This document shows positions 1-14,179 of a stretch of DNA of 64,000 nt, in pieces. A program made the translations under genes and the position numbers. The DNA is from Octopus bimaculoides (lineage: Eukaryota): the NCBI RefSeq assembly GCF_001194135.2, contig NC_068986.1:18837783-18901782 (forward strand), written 5' to 3'. Within the stretch, counting starts at the first letter, position 1; the number at the start of each line of letters is the position of its first letter. The notes under the pieces are model-generated. The model was not told the origin of the DNA, did not search any database, and was given only the letters and a program-made list of their open reading frames with translations.

Positions 1-668
1 TCTGTTTGATATTGGCTGGTCGAAGCATTGGCGTCTTTTTTGTTGTTTTCATATATCTAATCGGTAGCATTTCTCTCAAAATAACTGGAGCCATATCATA
101 AGAAACAAAGAAATTCTAAGCAATGCAGTACGTCGAAGTAGCTGTTTTCTCGAAGTCATTTGTTTTTGTGAGGGCAGCTAGCTGTGTCTTTACATTTGCG
201 CTTATAAATAGTGCAGAGAGAGTTATGCTACTGCAATGCATTATGCTACTGTAATAAAGTACATCTGCTGTCCCATGATAGATATTGAGAAATTTAATCG
301 CGTACATATTGAAAAATAATGACATATGCATGTGCAGTAGACAAACTTATTTTATTGCAGTTATACAATACGTATATATGAAATATTTATATTTGTAAGA
401 TAAATTGATCATATAAATCATGACTGTTTCTTCTTTAGTTCGATGTATTCATTCTTACCACGAATACTGCTTATCACTTGCATATTTTAATGAGGTGCAG
501 ATATTACGATAAGTACTTTTGTCATAAGTGTGGACATAAATAACTAATATTAACTAATATTTGGTATGTTGTGAATCATTATATTTTTGTAGTCGTTGTA
601 GGAGATTCTGTGCAAGAACCACACGTCAAGCACCCAATAGCTAATTGTTAATTCATTGCTTCTTTTAA

Positions 669-855
669 GGCGGCGAAGTGGCAGAACCGGTAACCTGCCA
701 GGCAAAATGCTCAACGGCCTTTCGGACCGTCTTAGCACTCTGAGTTCATATTCTGAGAGATCGATTTTGTTTTTCATTTCTTCGGGGTCTAGAAAATATC
801 AGTTGAGTACTGGCGTTGATTTAATCGTTTTGCAACCCTCTGCCAAAATTTGAGA
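669..855 (+). mobile_element. tRNA-derived SINE, family A (Octopus-type, Meta-domain-like core), diverged copy
   Basis: ggcggcgaagtggcagaa...ctgagttcatatt...ttcggggtc aligns by eye with the better copies at 3487 and 54815-55024. It explains the ORFs 550..777 and 656..853. Confidence 0.75.
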
Positions 856-1464
856 TCATTGCAATGTTGATATTACGTACAGTCATACATTCATACATAC
901 ATACATACATACATACATACATACATACAATAGAGGATGATGGTAGTTACTCGTAGTCCGAGGAAGATTTTTCTGTAAATTCATGAGCAACAAACTTTCA
1001 CAAATGGTTTCGAGAGCGGGTTTCGGGAGCCATTTAATCCAGTGACATACAGATATCTGACTATCATTTGTGTGAGACGGATAACTTCTTACTAAATAAG
1101 GCGGTCACGTGTGTGTGCGAGATACGTATAATTTTACGAATATGTGTATGTATATAAGTATGTACATATGGAATATGTAGTAAGGGCCGCGTACAGGTAA
1201 ACTAGTTCTTGAGAATTGTCCTATCTTTGTGCCTTCACTCTACATTTAAATATTCTTTGAAGGTTACCTAGCTATTCGTCCTAATATAACATTCTCAGAT
1301 GAGACTCAATAAACGATTTGTTGTATAAAGCCATTTATGTTTTAACCTGGACTTCTTTCCATCATTGGGCAGGCGCCATGTCGGCGAACAACTTCAAATC
1401 CTTCAGTCGGACAAACTGACGGTAAAGTTTATTTTTTTCTAAATGTGGCAGTTAGTCAGCCACT

Positions 1465-1710
1465 TATATCTTTGCCGAAATCCTAAGTTACGGAAACAAC
1501 GGAAATAAGCAAACAGCTGTGATCAAGTAATGGTGGGGGACAAATACAAACACACACACACAAACACAAATACAAACGCACACACATATATACGATGAAA
1601 TTCCCCACAGTTTCCGTCTATCAAATTGGCTCATGAGGCACCGGTTGTCGCGGGACTATAGTAAAAATGTGTTTCCTAATGTGGCGCGTAATGGGACTGC
1701 ACTCGAAACA
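1465..1710 (-). mobile_element. SINE family B (tRNA head, CORE-like segment, internal CA/TA microsatellite), heavily decayed
   Basis: ctttgccgaaatcctaagttacgg, cagtttccgtctatcaaat and actatagtaaaa occur in the same order as in the family-B copies at 4155-4507 and 41443-41776. Confidence 0.55.
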
Positions 1711-2906
1711 GAGTAACACATCAAGCTTGTTATTCAATTAACCATTACGTTCTTAAATCTCTAAATTAGTTATAGGCAATCCCATAGTCAACCGACAGGC
1801 GAGGAATTCGTTTTTCATACCCTGATATGAACTTTACATAGTGTTGAGCCTGGAGATGTTAGTATTATTAAAACGACTAACGTTTGCCTCTTGGCTACTA
1901 TGAAGTACTCTTTGTAAATTCGGCTCATCTGAATATTGTCTAAAAACAGGAAAAATTTAATTTAATAAAATATCCAATCGAAATATTTCCAAGCAGGCCA
2001 CAGAACTGAAAAAAAACATTGCATATGAATGAAAAAAAGAAACTTTGGTGAGGTGTTATATAATACAAAGCGTTATAACACCACAAGTATAATGATTGAA
2101 ATAGCAGTAGTATGCATTTGTAGGATATGGTAATTTATATACATAACAAATATTTCAGGTACATACACAGGCGCTCTCTCACACACATGCGTTTATATAT
2201 GCGTGCATGGGTTAGCTGTGAATATGTTCGTATGAATGTATTTGTTTAGGTTATGCATGTATATGTACGTACTAGGCGATCGCATTTATATTTCCTATTG
2301 ATGATATAACAGGTTCTAGCAAAAATGTTTTACTATGCATTAAAATGTAAAATATTCTCTGTTCAATCGAAGGATAATCAACAATATATTAAATTGATTT
2401 ATACACACAACTATAGAAATAACTCGCACACATACAAATAATACACATATACATGGAGATATGTATGTGTGCGCGTGTGTATAGGTATGTATGTATGTAT
2501 ATATATAAAGGTGTGAATGAATGTGCGAATGTGCTTCATATATTAATGTATTTATATACTTTTATCTACAGAATAATGAGCAAACCAAAAATTCTCTATA
2601 AACCATATCAACCTGTTTAACAAAATATGAGCTGCTGACGCCATATTGACATAAATATTCAATCTGTAAAATCCTTTATATTTACATTACAAAACTCCAC
2701 ATTACTACAATAATAACATTGCTTATGACAATAACTACAACAACGTTGGCAACAGCAATAACAACAGCAAAAACGAAATCCACTCCAACTACAAAAATAA
2801 ATGACATTAAACAACCGTATTTGCAATTCAACCAATACCACTGAAATTACCATTTCTAATAGTATTCCATTAAAATAACCATATTTCTACTAATACAATT
2901 TTCTAT

Positions 2907-2945
<39 letters not shown>

Positions 2946-3332
2946 TGGACTTCGTTTCTAGCAGAAATATTGATTTTCTTTTTTAATTCAGAATGCGTAT
3001 TTTTGAATGAGAATGTATATTCTTTCTTTCATATCTTGCCTTTCATTTTGTAAACAAAAACTGAAACTATCGGTTCCTTAAAGTAAATCTTGCTTTAACT
3101 ATATTTTCTCTCTCCCTCTCTCTCTCTTCTCTCTCTCTCTCTCTCTCAGTCTCTCTCTCTCTCTCTCTCTCCCTCTCTCTCTCTCTCTGTACATATATAT
3201 ATATATATTGATAGTTAAATAGATAGACAGACAGACAGATAGATCGATAGACACATCGATAGATAGATATACTGACCGACAGACATACATACATACAAAC
3301 AGGCAGGCAGACAGACAGACAGACAGACATAC

Positions 3333-3368
<36 letters not shown>

Positions 3369-3486
3369 TTCTGTATTTGTTTGTTGGTGTGCATTTTGTT
3401 TGTGTGTGTGTGTATTTATGTGTATATAAAGTACCTAATGGTTTGTAAACTTATTATACATTCCCATATAATACTTCTAATGGTAA

Positions 3487-3671
3487 GGCAGCGAGCTGGC
3501 AGAAACGTTAGCACGGCGAGCGAAATGCTTAGCAGTATTTCGTCTGTCTTTACGTTCCGAGTTCAAATTCCACCGAGGTAGACTTTGCCTTACACCTTTT
3601 CGGGGTCGATAAATTAAGTGCCAATTGCGTACTGGGGTCGATCTAATCAACTGACCCCTTCCCCAAAATTT
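3487..3671 (+). mobile_element. SINE family A, well-preserved copy
   Basis: A-box-like gcgagctggcagaaacgttagc, B-box-like gagttcaaattcc, core gactttgcctt...ttcggggtcgataaattaagtgcca, tail tggggtcgatctaatcaactgaccccttccccaaaatt. Confidence 0.9.
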
Positions 3672-4154
3672 TACAACAGTGAGCTAGAGACTGCAGAGGA
3701 ATTCATCACATACCAGTTATAGAAGTTATAGAAACGAGCGGTCAAGCTAACGAGTCACCTACTTATTCTGTGGAGAAGTGTGGAGGTGGAAACTTGAAAA
3801 GATTCTAAGCACCCGGAATGTCGGTTTGGGAGGCGTATAAAGTCTGACGGATTTTCTCCTTGCAGACCCAGCAGTAAAAGAAAACAATGAACTCAAAATG
3901 CGGAGAGATCACTTATCAGAAGTTATAAAAAAAAGAGATGATGTGATGCTGAGCTATTCTCAAACACAGGGCCAGGCCATGTGTTTTTTTCTTTATAAGG
4001 ACAACAATGCTACAATGGGAAGGCAGTCAGCTTCATGACTACGCAAACGGAATGTCGTCTGAGACGAATCTAATGAACTGCAGGGAGATACTAAATGAGT
4101 GATTTTCAACAACCTTCACCCATTGATTTATAACAGCTTTAATTGCGTATTTAA

Positions 4155-4306
4155 TCTTGTCTCACTGATTAGACGAATAAATCGACCTCAGCACTTAATG
4201 TTTTAAGGTGGGTACTTACTCGATCGGTTTCTTCGGCGAACCGCTCACATTACGGGGGAGAAACACAGACACAACGAAACACACACACGCACACACAGAC
4301 GTACAA

Positions 4307-4341
<35 letters not shown>

Positions 4342-4507
4342 CACGACGGGTTTCTTTCAGTGTTCGTCTACCAAATCCGCTCACAAGGATTTGGTCACCC
4401 CGAGGCTATAGTAGAAGACACATGTCCAAGGTACCACGCAGTGGGGCTGATCCCGAAACTATGTGGCTGGTCAGCAAGCTACTTAACATACAGCCACTCC
4501 TGCGCCT
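4155..4507 (-). mobile_element. SINE family B, near full length
   Basis: The reverse strand begins aggcgcaggagtggctgtatgttaagtagcttgc (tRNA-like head), then ccttggacatgtgtcttctactatagcctcgg (CORE-like), an internal (TA)/(TG) tract and the 3' body. It matches the + copy at 26508. Confidence 0.9.
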
Positions 4508-4597
4508 ATATAATATATATATATATATATATAGGGAGAATTCACATAAAAACAGAAGACGAAGACATGTGATATACACATCAAACAGATATATTAA

Positions 4598-4710
4598 AAT
4601 CTACAGACAAGGATTTGGTTGCCACGAGACACGTGCTATACATGGCACGCAGTGGGACTGAGACTAGAAACATGTTGTTGGGGAACATGCTTTTTACCAC
4701 ACAACCACCA
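4598..4710 (-). mobile_element. SINE family B, partial 5' fragment
   Basis: acaaggatttggtt...ggcacgcagtgggactga...ttaccacacaaccac repeats the head of the adjacent copy. Confidence 0.6.
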
Positions 4711-5042
4711 GCAATTTTTCTTGAATAACCCTAAAATCACTGAAGGATCCTCGGTGACTCCTATCCGGCATACAATGAAACAGAATCTGATATGTGACTT
4801 GCCCTGTCACAAACCAGGTTAGAAACTATGGTAGTGTATTTCTGTTTCAGGAAATCCTTTTATTAAACTGAATATATCTTTAAAATTTCCAATTAAATTA
4901 TTGATAAATTTCTGTTTCTTTTTTATATATTTAACTCGTTGACCCATTGACGATGAATTTGTATAATGACATCGTCTTCAATATTCTCAAAAGTCTTGTT
5001 AGCATCTGTGTATACCAGTGCATATGCGTCAAACGATTACCA

Positions 5043-5093
5043 TTCTTCTTCTTCTTCTTCTTCTTCTTCTTCTTCTTCTTCTTCTTCTTCTTC

Positions 5094-5125
<32 letters not shown>

Positions 5126-5354
5126 CTTCTTCTTCTTCTTCTTCTTCATTTCTTCTTCCACTTCTTCTTCTTTTTCTTCTTTTTTTTTCTTCTTCTTCTT
5201 CTTCTTCTTCTTCTTCTTCTTCTAACTTCTTCGTCTACCATAAATTATCATCCTCATAGTGGTTATTGTAATACTTATTGTTGGTGATGTTATTATTATT
5301 ACTATTGTAATTAATATTATTATTAGCGTTATTAGTAGTATCAGCAGCAGCAGC

Positions 5355-5402
<48 letters not shown>

Positions 5403-5480
5403 TGGAGGAGGAGAAGGAGGACAAGGAAGGGGAAAACGAGGACGAGGAGGAAGAAAAGGACGACGACGACGACGACGAAG
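5043..5480. repeat. Compound trinucleotide microsatellites (TTC)n, (ATT)n, (AGT)n, (GAC)n
   Basis: Directly visible. They generate the poly-F/S/L/R ORFs 4947..5681. Confidence 0.97.
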
Positions 5481-5867
5481 GGGGTGAAGAGGAGGACGGA
5501 GAGGACGATGAGTGTCTGTATTTTTTCATTATTATGTTTACTCTTAATACAATATTTATATATCTGTCTTTTGAATAATTTCTTTCTATTCATATTCAAC
5601 GGTATAATTAACACAATTTGTCAGGATGAAATCTCTGTTGCATTTTATCAGCGTAACAATAAACCGGTATATTTTATATAACGGCACTAGCTTAGTCCCG
5701 GATTTGCCAATTAGCATATCCTCAGAACACACCCACAGGAATACGCGCTGACACACACACATACACAGACAGATATGTGTGTATATGTCTATGTGTCTAT
5801 ACACATATACATACACGAACGTATCTATGTGTCAATCTCACTCCCTCCCTCTCTGCCTGCATATATA

Positions 5868-5917
<50 letters not shown>

Positions 5918-6512
5918 NNNNNNNNNNNNNNNNNNNNNNNNNNNNNNNNNNNNNNNNNNNNNNNNNNNNNNNNNNNNNNNNNNNNNNNNNNNNNNNNNNN
6001 NNNNNNNNNNNNNNNNNNNNNNNNNNNNNNNNNNNNNNNNNNNNNNNNNNNNNNNNNNNNNNNNNNNNNNNNNNNNNNNNNNNNNNNNNNNNNNNNNNNN
6101 NNNNNNNNNNNNNNNNNNNNNNNNNNNNNNNNNNNNNNNNNNNNNNNNNNNNNNNNNNNNNNNNNNNNNNNNNNNNNNNNNNNNNNNNNNNNNNNNNNNN
6201 NNNNNNNNNNNNNNNNNNNNNNNNNNNNNNNNNNNNNNNNNNNNNNNNNNNNNNNNNNNNNNNNNNNNNNNNNNNNNNNNNNNNNNNNNNNNNNNNNNNN
6301 NNNNNNNNNNNNNNNNNNNNNNNNNNNNNNNNNNNNNNNNNNNNNNNNNNNNNNNNNNNNNNNNNNNNNNNNNNNNNNNNNNNNNNNNNNNNNNNNNNNN
6401 NNNNNNNNNNNNNNNNNNNNNNNNNNNNNNNNNNNNNNNNNNNNNNNNNNNNNNNNNNNNNNNNNNNNNNNNNNNNNNNNNNNNNNNNNNNNNNNNNNNN
6501 NNNNNNNNNNNN

Positions 6513-6584
<72 letters not shown>

Positions 6585-7857
6585 GAATATATATACAGAG
6601 AGAGATACATATATATAAGTATATTTATATGCATGGGCATCTCAAATCGCAGCTTGATATGAGTACAGTTTTATTACGTGAGTGAAATATTAGTGAGTGT
6701 CCTTGTTGCTTTATATATTTATGCTTCTTTATATGGTTTTAGTGTTATGGTTTTTGCCTCTATGCCTGGCTGTATGTGAGTATGTGTGGTAATATGCCTT
6801 TTGCATAACTTTTATATTCGTAGCTATTGATTTTACTAGAACTGTCATCGCATAACTCCATGCGCCTCTCATGTTATTGTATGCTGTGAATATCGCATTG
6901 ATCAGTACGGTGGATGAAATGTTATTTCATTTTATTTTACTGCTTCTTTATTCAGTTTTTTAAACAAATGACTCGGCATATCCTCAAGGAATATCCATTC
7001 TTAGAGATTCCCTCTAGCAAAAGGAATCTTTATGTGCAACAATAAAAGAAATACTAAACCGTGTTGTATTCTGCAAAAATATTTCTGGAAACATATGAGA
7101 CAAAATTCTTCCGGTAAACAATTTCACGTTTCTCTTCTGTTCCGTTTATGTTGGAAGTGAATGTGGCGATGTTTAAAGATTCTCTATTTGCAGATTAGTG
7201 CTGGAAATAATTTGGGTAGGGTGTGGTTTGATCAGGAAAATGGCATAAGATATTTTGGTATAAAAGAAAATTATAGAATACAACGTAAAAATTACACTGA
7301 AATGGGACGAGTGGGAGAAATGTTAACATGAAAATCGTTTTATTTCACGAAAATTTTTTGCAAAACATACTGATACACACGCATGTAGGACTCTACCCAA
7401 GAACTAAAGCAAACGCGCAAAAATATACACTTTTGAAAGCATAGATTAACATGCAAAACTATATGCACCTTTTAGGCAAAAATTATGAAAATAATATTTT
7501 CGTATCTAAATATTATAGCCATGCAGATTGATAAGTTGTATCTGAGTAAGTTTATCTTTAGGTATCTAAACATACATTCATATTCACACACACTCACACA
7601 CACACACACACTCACACACACACACGCATGCACACACACACGCACACACACACACTCACACACACACACACGCACCCACACACACACGCACACACACACA
7701 CACAAATACACACAGACATTATTAAGGGTGCAGAGACACATACACTACTAGAAATAGCAGTAAGATATGTGGTTGTCACGGCACTCTTGGTCACATTTTG
7801 TGACGATTGAATTTTCCTTAATGGAATCAGATTGCGCCTAGCTGTTTACATTAACTC

Positions 7858-7889
<32 letters not shown>

Positions 7890-8169
7890 TGTATGTATGT
7901 ATGTATGCATGCATACATGCATGTATGTATGTATGTATGTGCATATACATATATATATATATATATACATAGATAGATATAGATATAGATATACATATAG
8001 ATATAGATATAGATATAGATATGCATATACATATACATATACATATATACACAACTTGGCCCAATATATATCTGTATAGAAATATGCACATACACGTGTG
8101 TTTTTGTACATATATATGGTGGTGTTCCCGATTGACCACAACTGAGGTGTGGATAACATACATAAAATA

Positions 8170-8200
<31 letters not shown>

Positions 8201-8224
8201 ATCTTAAGAAATGAAACATCTACA

Positions 8225-8330
8225 CGGATACATGTGTCATGTTTGTGGATTTTGGGCGAAATTGTGACTCACATGGTTAGTGCTTGTGAAAATCTTGCGC
8301 AGAAAGAATACGAGCGTGGACACAACAATG
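8225..8330 (+). mobile_element. R4/Dong-type RLE LINE remnant (CCHC zinc knuckle)
   Basis: With one frameshift it reads CHVCGF../EIVTHMVSACENLAQKEYERGHNN. This matches the C-x2-C...H-x4-C-x2-LA-x2-EY-x2-RH(D/N) motif that follows the RT in R4/Dong ORFs; compare 37.7-37.8 kb. Confidence 0.7.
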
Positions 8331-10375
8331 AATCCCAGTTGAAGCTGGACAACTCTTACCAAGCAAAGTCAACAGCACTGACACGATGTCTGGTATTGGG
8401 ATGCAGTACAACCTTGTATATGCATCTCAATGCAACTTACATAACCATTTAAGAAAGAGGAAGAGAATCGTATGATGTTCAATTTTGGACGTTTTTTTTC
8501 CATATGAATGGGAAGAATGTAAGGCAATAACAGAGAGACTCTTCTTTATCGATAACCATACAATATATTGATCAAATATCAGTTGCTTTTAAACATTAGG
8601 GAGGAAGCATCGAATAACATCTTTTTCCATACTGAATTTCTGAAAAGTCTTGAAGGCATTTTGCCAGATGGAATAGCATGAGGGAACCAACAACGGTTTA
8701 TATCTGTATATGACGGTTCGTTGTGAAAATGGGGCTAATCGACCTGATGGGAAGAGTTACCGAGCAGGCTAACTGAAAACGTTTACCCGTCAAATCTAAT
8801 ATATTCAAACAACAATGATAAAAAAGCAATTGTTATTCTACGTATTAGTTTCTGAAGAGAAAGTCTACTTAGCTATGGATATAAAGTCTACATAGCCATG
8901 GAGATAAAGTCTATATCGCCAATGAGAATGAGATGTATGTATATGACATATTACATTGTTTGATAATATTCGAGAAAATGTTCGGATCAGAACACTTATA
9001 TGCGATTATTCTATCGAGGTTCATTCAGGTAATTCTTAATACCGAATGGGAGGTAATTTATTAAAGCTACTTAAATGATTCAACATATCCGAAAGACGGT
9101 ACCGCATTCATGTATTCCCAAATATAACAACTTCATCAGCACATAAGTATCCTACTCTTGTACGATATTGTGTGACGGATATAAGAGAGAGGAAATTACC
9201 ATTGATATTCATATGTGCAAATGAAAAAATACAATGAAGTTCAGAGTAAATTTGGTACACTTTTGGTGGTACTCATCTGGTGGTCATATCAATATCTGAT
9301 TAGCTCTTTAGTCATCATATAGAGATTTTAATATTTTTTAAGTATCGCTGCGTCCATATTTCATCATTTAAGACAATAAGAAACATGTAAAAATTAAGCT
9401 TCTCACAGTTTACTTTATGTAACAAATATTTTCCTCTACTGGAGGCATTTTCCATGTATCTCCAGGTAGATGTGCTTCTATATTATTGCATGCAGAGTAA
9501 ATTGCTTACGAAAGTGTGTGTGTGTGTGTGTGTGTTCTATGCATTTATATATGTATTAGCTCATTCCAAAATTAATTATATTCTATGGAATATATTTATA
9601 TTTATGTATTTATGTATGTATGTACGTGTGTGTATTTATATATATATATGCATTTGTATGGATGCATATATATATATGCAAAAATGCATGCATACATACA
9701 CACATACATACATACACATGTTTGCGTGTGTATGTCTGTGTGTGTGTGTGCCTATGTATGCATATATATTGGAAGTGTGTCCGTCGCGAGATAATTAATC
9801 TCCCGTTCCGTTTCATAAGTTTCAAGAATCCACCATATTTCCCACGTTGATCCTTAATATGAAATTAGATTCTACTTAATCCTTACAAATTGATAATAAA
9901 TATTATTTTTTCTGACATCATTAAATTAGTATTAATTAATACGCGAGATGAAAGGATCTTATTAAACATCATATATATTATTATTATTTTTTTTATATTT
10001 CGTTCAGTGGCCTTGATCTTTGTAGTTACTCGCGATATTCAACTAGGTTTCAATATTATTAATCACTTTCATGATCAGCATACACATCGTCAGCCGCCCC
10101 ATCCACACAAGGATTACAAGCACCATTCTCAGTAATATAGGAAGCTGATCTGTAGCTCTTTCTTTCCTAGAATTTTCATGTTGTCATTGTTTCCCAGATT
10201 CTTTTCATTCGCCTGCACCGCACTGCGAACGGTTTCGTTAGTTCCAGGTCTTAGAAATTATTACGTTTTGTTTTATGCCTTTTTTTTATATATGTGTTGC
10301 CTTTTTCTCTTTTTTTCATATGGATCCACGTAATGTTTCCAGATCCTATTGTTCCTTGTGTTTATCCCCAGGCTG

Positions 10376-10409
<34 letters not shown>

Positions 10410-10411
10410 TA

Positions 10412-10456
<45 letters not shown>

Positions 10457-10959
10457 GTAATGTATATATATATATATATATACNNNNNNNNNNNNNNNNN
10501 NNNNNNNNNNNNNNNNNNNNNNNNNNNNNNNNNNNNNNNNNNNNNNNNNNNNNNNNNNNNNNNNNNNNNNNNNNNNNNNNNNNNNNNNNNNNNNNNNNNN
10601 NNNNNNNNNNNNNNNNNNNNNNNNNNNNNNNNNNNNNNNNNNNNNNNNNNNNNNNNNNNNNNNNNNNNNNNNNNNNNNNNNNNNNNNNNNNNNNNNNNNN
10701 NNNNNNNNNNNNNNNNNNNNNNNNNNNNNNNNNNNNNNNNNNNNNNNNNNNNNNNNNNNNNNNNNNNNNNNNNNNNNNNNNNNNNNNNNNNNNNNNNNNN
10801 NNNNNNNNNNNNNNNNNNNNNNNNNNNNNNNNNNNNNNNNNNNNNNNNNNNNNNNNNNNNNNNNATATATACACATATGTATACATATATGCTCATAAAC
10901 ACTAGAATATATAAATGCAGTGTACATATATGAATACAAATTTACACGCATACACAATT

Positions 10960-13820
10960 GCCTATCTTTCATTTCGTATACGACCTTAACATTTTCATCT
11001 TTTCTATTCGTCATTTCCTCCCACTCCATCATGTGCTTGTTCTTCTTTCGCTTCGTTCTTCTTCTTTTTCTTCTTATTCTTCTTCTTCTTCTTCTTCTTC
11101 TTCTTCTTCTNNNNNNNNNNCTTCTTCTTCTTCTTCTCCCCCTTCTTCTTCTTCTTCTTCTTCTTCTTCTTCTTCTTCTTCTTCTTCTTCTTCTTCTTCT
11201 TCTTCTCCTCCTCATGCTACGCTCATCCATTGTTTTCTTTGGATATTCTGTTCCGGAGTCTTATTTAAATATTTTCGATTCTCCTCGTCTTCCTATGCTT
11301 TAATCTGTCTCAATTCCATGATCAGTTTTTGATCAGGTTTTGCTTCTCCTGCAATTTCTAATCTTCCTACTTATGTTTTCGTCGTCATAAATTTCTCCAT
11401 ACTTTCGTTAATCGATTTTCTCTTCCTCCAGCTTCCCTAGACTTTTTGGTTTGTTTCATTTTGACTCTAACTTTGATAGTCTTTACTCTATCCTATTTCA
11501 TTACCTTCAGGTACTTTTTCCTCCCTCCTTTTCCTCTTGATCCTCTTCCTCCCGCGTCTGCTGCATCCGCTTCTTTTTCTAATTCTTTCTACTCCTCCGC
11601 CGTCTTCTCTTTCCTTTTTTTTACTTCTCCTTCTTCACATCTCATTTTTCTTTTTTCATTCTTATTCTCCTTCTTTTTATCTTCACCTTCTTCATTTGCC
11701 TCCACTTCCTCTCCTTCTTCTTCATCTTCTTCTCCTTTATCTTCTTCATCTTTAATTTCTTTATCTCTTCTCCTTCGTCTTCTTTCCCTCCACCTTCTTC
11801 TTCCCTCTTCTCCTCCTTTATCTTCTTCGTCTTCTCCTTCTTCTTCTTCTTCTTCTTCTTCTTCTTCTTCTTCTTCTTCTTTTTCTTCTTCTTCTTCTTC
11901 TTTTAATCCTCCTCCTCCTCCTATTATCTTTTATTTATGTCCCTCTACTTTTTTCTTTTTCAACATTCTTGTCTCCTCTTGCACATCGCCATCCTCCCAT
12001 CCTTTCTTTTCTTCACTTCTGCACCATCATCATCATCATCATCATTATCAGCAGCGACTCCTGGAGCTGCTGATTTTCCCTTGTCTTCATTATCTTTTTA
12101 TCATTCCTCCTCATCGTGCTTTTTCATTGTTGTCATCTATGAATTCTTGATTAACATCAACGGTGTCGTAAAAATGGTAATCGTTTTCATTGTCGTCGGC
12201 AACATTACCACCACCACTAGCACTACCGCCAGAACCATCATCATCATCATCATCGTCATCATCGTCATCATCATCATCATCATCAACACCACTACCACCA
12301 TCATCATCATCATCGTCGTCGTCGTCGTCGTCGTCATCATTATCATCATCATCATCACAAGCATTATGATTCTTCGCACTATTGCTAATGTTAATATTTA
12401 TTGTAGCACACTTACCCTTGTCATTTGCGTCATCACTCCATCATTACGATCGATGACACTGTTGTTTTGATGATCAAATGGTATGATAGCAATTCATGAA
12501 AGTCATCATCATCGCCATCATCGTTGTTTTCCTCATCGTCAGCATCCTCATAACCGTCTTCAAGAATTTTAGTCGAACGAATAGACTGCGTACTTGTTTT
12601 CTTTTTAAGTATATCGATCCTTTTTGCCGAACCTTTAAGTTGCGGTGGCGTAAACATACCAGCAACGGATGTCACGTGGTCGTTGAGGACAAACACATCC
12701 ACTTACAAACACATGTCTATGCATATATATGTGTATGTGGGTATGCGTGTGTGTATATGTATGCATGCATGCATATCACAGCAGGCTTCTTTCAGTTTCT
12801 GTACATCAAATCCTCTCACCAGGCTTCGGTATGCCAGAGACTATAGTAAAAGACACTAGCTTTAAATTTACCATATCGTAGGACTGAAATCGGGACCTTG
12901 TGGTTCGGATGCAAACTTCTTACCACACAGCCACGCTTGCAACATTGTGTCAATAATCATCACCATCTCTCATCAAATTGATTATCCTTGCAAACAGCTT
13001 GTATTTCTTGCCGTCAACACATACCATACTTTTCGCCGCCATTTCTTCTTTCTATAGCTTATCATTTTGCTCATCTCTACTATAATTCTTCATCAGATTA
13101 ATGTTCTATTTCTTTTTCTTCCTTCGCTTCTTCAATTTGTTGTTGTTTTCCTTGTTCTTCCATTGCTTCTGCATTTTAAATTTCTCTATTTCTTCTACCT
13201 TTTTAATTTTATTTATTCTCCTCTTCCTCCTTCTGATAATCCCTCCTCTTCTCTTTTTTCTTTCACTTCTTGCCCGTTATCTTTTTTTTTTTCCTATTTT
13301 CCTTCTTCTTTTCCCTATGCTCTTTCTCACATTCTGCTTCTGTATTTTCTGCATCATCATCTACTTCACATTGTCCATATTTTTTTACCTTTTTCTGATT
13401 CTTCTTTTCCCTTCATTCATTTTCTACCAATCTTCTACGTCATTCCTTTCTTTTCCCTCTCCTCTTCCATATATTCTATTTTTCCTTCTACTTCTTCATA
13501 TGCTACTCCTTGTTCTTCATCATTTCCTTCCTTCTTCTCGTCGGTAATTATAATCCACTACATCTTATTCAACACCACCATTAGTTTTGTCTTCGTCTTG
13601 TTTTCGCCTTATTCCTTCTATTTCTTATATCCATTTTTCCTTTATTTTACCCTTCGTCATCTTAATCTTCTTGTTCTTGTGGTGGAGTTCTTCTACTTTT
13701 CCTCGTCTTCTACTCACTTGTCTGTTGTTTCCAGGTTCTTATTCCTTCTTCTCTTCTATCTTATCATATTTACTTCCCCTCATTCTCACCACACGATCTA
13801 TCAAATCCCTTGTGTACCAT
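10960..13820. repeat. Degenerate pyrimidine-rich (TTC/TCT-derived) low-complexity tracts with (CAT)/(CGT) mosaics
   Basis: The + strand is strongly C/T-rich at 10960-12130 and 13000-13820. This produces the F/L/S-rich ORFs 11446..12150 and 13067..13822. Confidence 0.9.
12565..12945 (-). mobile_element. SINE family B, diverged copy
   Basis: tttagtcgaacgaat...tttttgccgaacc...gcttctttcagtttc...actatagtaaaagacac...cttcttaccacacagccac is collinear with 41443-41776 and 4155-4507. Confidence 0.75.
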
Positions 13821-14132
13821 GAATGAAATTATGCTAACCATTAATTTTATCTGGTATCAAACATATCATGTTGCTGTTGCTGCGGGGGAAATGTCAAACA
13901 TGAAACATAAACGCAAGCACGCTTACAAACTACACACATACCCACACTCATTCTCACACAGATAAGCAGGCATACAAAAGCACTCGCACACATACATATA
14001 TATATAAATACATGAATATGTGTACGTATGTATGTGCATGTATATATATATAAATGTATGTATGTATATACATATATATTCATAAACATACACATATATT
14101 TATATATTTATATTTCTAAATACATATGTGCA

Positions 14133-14179
<47 letters not shown>

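Noticed and set aside
1005-1050. gtttcgagagcgggtttcgggagcc...tccagtgac, a possible minus-strand hammerhead remnant
   Set aside because: The CTGATGA core and the 5' strand of stem II are missing; it cannot be supported without a family consensus.
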